DNA of 64,000 nucleotides, taken from positions 4,558-68,557 of the forward strand of contig LSSJ01000035.1 in the NCBI GenBank assembly GCA_001595785.1. Reading direction: 5' to 3'. The DNA is from Euryarchaeota archaeon SM23-78 (GTDB lineage Archaea > Nanobdellota > Nanobdellia > Woesearchaeales > SM23-78). Positions 62,111 through 64,000 of this stretch are shown here, piece after piece. The number at the start of each line of letters is the position of its first letter. The stretch's first letter is position 1. Under the pieces are notes generated by a model. The model ran no database searches. It was given only the letters and a program-made list of their open reading frames with translations, and was not told the origin of the DNA. The translations under genes and the position numbers were made by a program.

Positions 62111-62152
62111 CCTTTTTTATTTAAGTGATTAATCTCTAGTATAAATATTTTT

Positions 62153-62341
62153 TCAGTGCTTACCCCCAAATATTCTCTCTAACATGAACCACACAGCGCT
62201 TAGACCTAGAAGAATGATTAATACTCCCAAGGATGCATTAATGGTATCTCTGGAAAGCCAGATAATGACAAGCCTGATAACCACATATATTAAGAGTATG
62301 TCCTTGATAATTCCTCTAACACCTGTCTTCATTTGTTTCAC
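62153..62341 (-). CDS. small two-TM membrane protein
   Basis: 62 aa with two hydrophobic helices. Confidence 0.3.
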   Translation of the reverse strand: MKQMKTGVRGIIKDILLIYVVIRLVIIWLSRDTINASLGVLIILLGLSAVWFMLERIFGGKH

Positions 62342-62365
62342 TCACATAAATAAGAATTTTATTAA

Positions 62366-62628
62366 ATGCGCGCCTGGAGGTGGATAAGCTGAATAAGCAT
62401 TAGCTTACCCCATTCTTTCCTCCGCTCCGCAACCCTCAAAGCACCCTTGCCTAAGCTTAGGGCTGCTCTGTTCCCAGCCTGACCCGGTTCACAAAGATAA
62501 GAGCCAATGAGGACAAAGCATCGACGGTCCGAACAGGACTAATACTTAAGGAGCAAACCGCCCCCCAGGCTTCGGCCCCCACAATATCCATTTTGGGTAA
62601 CAGGCGAGGATAAGCCGCCCGGCCTAGC
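62366..62628 (-). ncRNA. signal recognition particle RNA (7S/SRP RNA); ends approximate
   Basis: The minus strand reads GGGUCAGGCUGGGAACAGAGCAGCCC, which is the helix-8 signature (AGG loop, GGAA tetraloop, AGCA loop). It is a GC-rich island of about 260 nt with a T-run at the 3' end. Confidence 0.75.
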
Positions 62629-62650
62629 AGAGGAGAGGAAGAATTGGTTA

Positions 62651-62658
62651 TTTATAAA
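62651..62658 (-). promoter_or_regulatory. TATA box (TTTATAAA on minus strand) for SRP RNA
   Basis: It is centred about 27 nt upstream of the G-rich 5' end GCUAGGCCGGGCGGC. Confidence 0.55.
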
Positions 62659-62723
62659 GGTTGTTGAGAACGAAGAGAAAAGAAAAAAAATTTATCAGTT
62701 CTTTATCCTTTTTATTTATTTTT

Positions 62724-63149
62724 TTATGCTTCTTTGTGTTGTATTTCTTCCATTACCCTTTTTAACTCTGTTTCAGCTTCTCCATACATTTTGCTTATTT
62801 GATAGTCTGGTCCTGGCTTGTATTTTTCAAGCAAGCTTTTTTCTAATGATGAAGTTCCTATTACAATTGTTTTTGGGTCTTTTTTCTTAATAACAGGGAT
62901 TAAAGTATAGCCTATTTCCCTAAGGCTTGCAAAGAATTTTTCTTCATCAGTATCTTCTGTGCATCCAGGGTCTTCATAAGGCATTCTATGGTCCAGGATT
63001 ACCAAATCATACTTTTTTGTTTCAATTAGTTCTTCAGCTTGTTTATACCATTTTGCTATGTCATAATCTGCTTTTGGCATAACGCTTTCAACAGCTGATT
63101 CCAGTGATTCTAATGGAAACTTCTGGTCTTCAACAATGAGTATTTTCAT
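62724..63149 (-). CDS. stand-alone response-regulator receiver (CheY-like) domain protein
   Basis: MKILIVEDQ..YDLVILDHRMP..VIGTSS pattern. Confidence 0.55.
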   Translation of the reverse strand: MKILIVEDQKFPLESLESAVESVMPKADYDIAKWYKQAEELIETKKYDLVILDHRMPYEDPGCTEDTDEEKFFASLREIGYTLIPVIKKKDPKTIVIGTSSLEKSLLEKYKPGPDYQISKMYGEAETELKRVMEEIQHKEA

Positions 63150-63195
63150 TTTTTCACCTCTTTTTTGTTTTTTTAAATAATAATAAAAAATATTT

Positions 63196-63633
63196 TTAAC
63201 AAATATATTTCTCTAATGTATCTCTGGACATTGACCCTTCATATGCTACTACTTTAAGTCCTTTACTCTCAACGCATTTCTCTACAGCTTCTTTATGAAT
63301 TGGTCCATACGTACTAGTGCCTATTAAATATATCTTACCTTCCAATATTAAATAAAGACTGCCACCAAGCACTCTTTCTCCATCATGCTTTATGTCGCAG
63401 TGAAATCCTACTCTTTCTTCTATATTTGTACGAAGATCCATTAAGGTTTCTAATGTTTCTTCATCTGTCTCTACCCTTTCTGGGCATTCACTTTTCAAAA
63501 ATGTTCCAATACCTGGCACTCTTGAAGCTGCTGCTCCTGTTGTATCACCTTTTTTATAAAGGATGATTTTTCCTGCATCTCCATCTTCCAACTTTGTATC
63601 CAATGTGAATTTTTTTCCTTTCATTTTTTTCAC
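63196..63633 (-). CDS. hypothetical protein
   Basis: 145-aa ORF packed tightly against its neighbours. I recognised no motif. Confidence 0.3.
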   Translation of the reverse strand: MKKMKGKKFTLDTKLEDGDAGKIILYKKGDTTGAAASRVPGIGTFLKSECPERVETDEETLETLMDLRTNIEERVGFHCDIKHDGERVLGGSLYLILEGKIYLIGTSTYGPIHKEAVEKCVESKGLKVVAYEGSMSRDTLEKYIC

Positions 63634-63643
63634 CTTTTTATTT

Positions 63644-64000
63644 TCAAAGCTTTTTTATGTCATATACTACTTCTTTTGCTCCGTATTGTTTTAGTATTTC
63701 TTCACACAAAAGTAATTTCTCATCACAATCAAAAAGCTTAACTCTGTCAAATAATTCCTCAACATCTTTTTCTTGCAATACCTCCCTTACTTTTGTCATT
63801 ATCTTTTCTATCTCTTTTTTTGTTTGAGGATGTTCTCTTGGATTGCCTGTGGTGTGGGTTACATAAACCACTGTTTTTCCTTTTAAATCTAGTATTGGTG
63901 CATATCTAATTAGAGTTTCTCTGAAGTTTCTGTCACAGCAGTAAGGTTGCCTATCAAAGACCTCTTTTTCAAATCTATCCTCCCAGCCAAGAACACGAGG
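63644..64000 (-). CDS. hypothetical protein, 5'-partial (runs off the window)
   Basis: The frame stays open from 63871 to 64000 (..LGWEDRFEKEVFDRQPYCCDRNFRETLIRYAPILDLKGKTVVYVTHTTGNPREHP..). Confidence 0.35.
   Translation of the reverse strand, partial: PRVLGWEDRFEKEVFDRQPYCCDRNFRETLIRYAPILDLKGKTVVYVTHTTGNPREHPQTKKEIEKIMTKVREVLQEKDVEELFDRVKLFDCDEKLLLCEEILKQYGAKEVVYDIKKL

Noticed and set aside
62380-62660. Whether the GC-rich island is RNase P RNA, because of GGAGGAAAG resembling CR-I (GAGGAAAGUCC).
   Set aside because: That motif lies near the 3' end of the minus-strand transcript and lacks the UCCGGGC continuation. The same strand carries an exact SRP helix-8 signature, so SRP RNA explains the island.
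1-64000. CRISPR arrays, rRNA genes, or prophage/IS elements.
   Set aside because: I saw no regularly spaced direct repeats with spacers, no rRNA-like conserved stretches, and no transposase- or integrase-like ORFs on either strand.

Overview
The window is visibly AT-rich and archaeal. It has an archaeal-order ribosomal/RNAP operon (S13-S4-S11-RpoD-tRNA-L18e-L13-S9-RpoN), AglB/STT3, TATA-like TTTATAAATA boxes about 27 nt upstream of starts, and many 4-8 nt gene overlaps. The gene content suggests a small-genome uncultivated (DPANN-like) archaeon; that placement is inference only. Layout: (1) 61-5888 holds an AlkP-family gene, sulfate activation genes cysN/cysD (cysD split by a LAGLIDADG intein), two small RHH proteins and an MNT-HEPN pair. 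(2) About 6.4-47.2 kb is one very large surface-glycan island. It contains two nonulosonic-acid (NeuB-type) modules, PseB/PseC-like enzymes, formyltransferases with an embedded one-carbon (GlyA, MTHFS-FolD) supply, methyltransferases, a flippase, several GTs, AglB and a Dpm1-like GT2. (3) 47.6-52.1 kb is the ribosomal protein/RNAP operon with an intron-containing tRNA-Leu. (4) 52-64 kb holds an amidohydrolase, a PP-loop ATPase, LeuRS, an AOR-family oxidoreductase, SRP RNA and a receiver-domain protein. The most unusual observations are: a serine-hydrolase domain inserted inside an otherwise intact LeuRS; a 58-nt perfectly repeated two-hairpin leader encoding a 20-aa mini-ORF, ATGA-coupled to two unrelated genes; a GC-rich three-helix RNA element in two copies with compensatory base changes; about 180-bp inverted repeats bracketing an 8.5-kb gene block; a tRNA-Leu(GAG) with two non-canonical introns, one with a textbook bulge-helix-bulge; and a formyl-donor module embedded in the sugar cluster. 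All calls come from reading the ORF translations and the sequence by eye. No database search was run.
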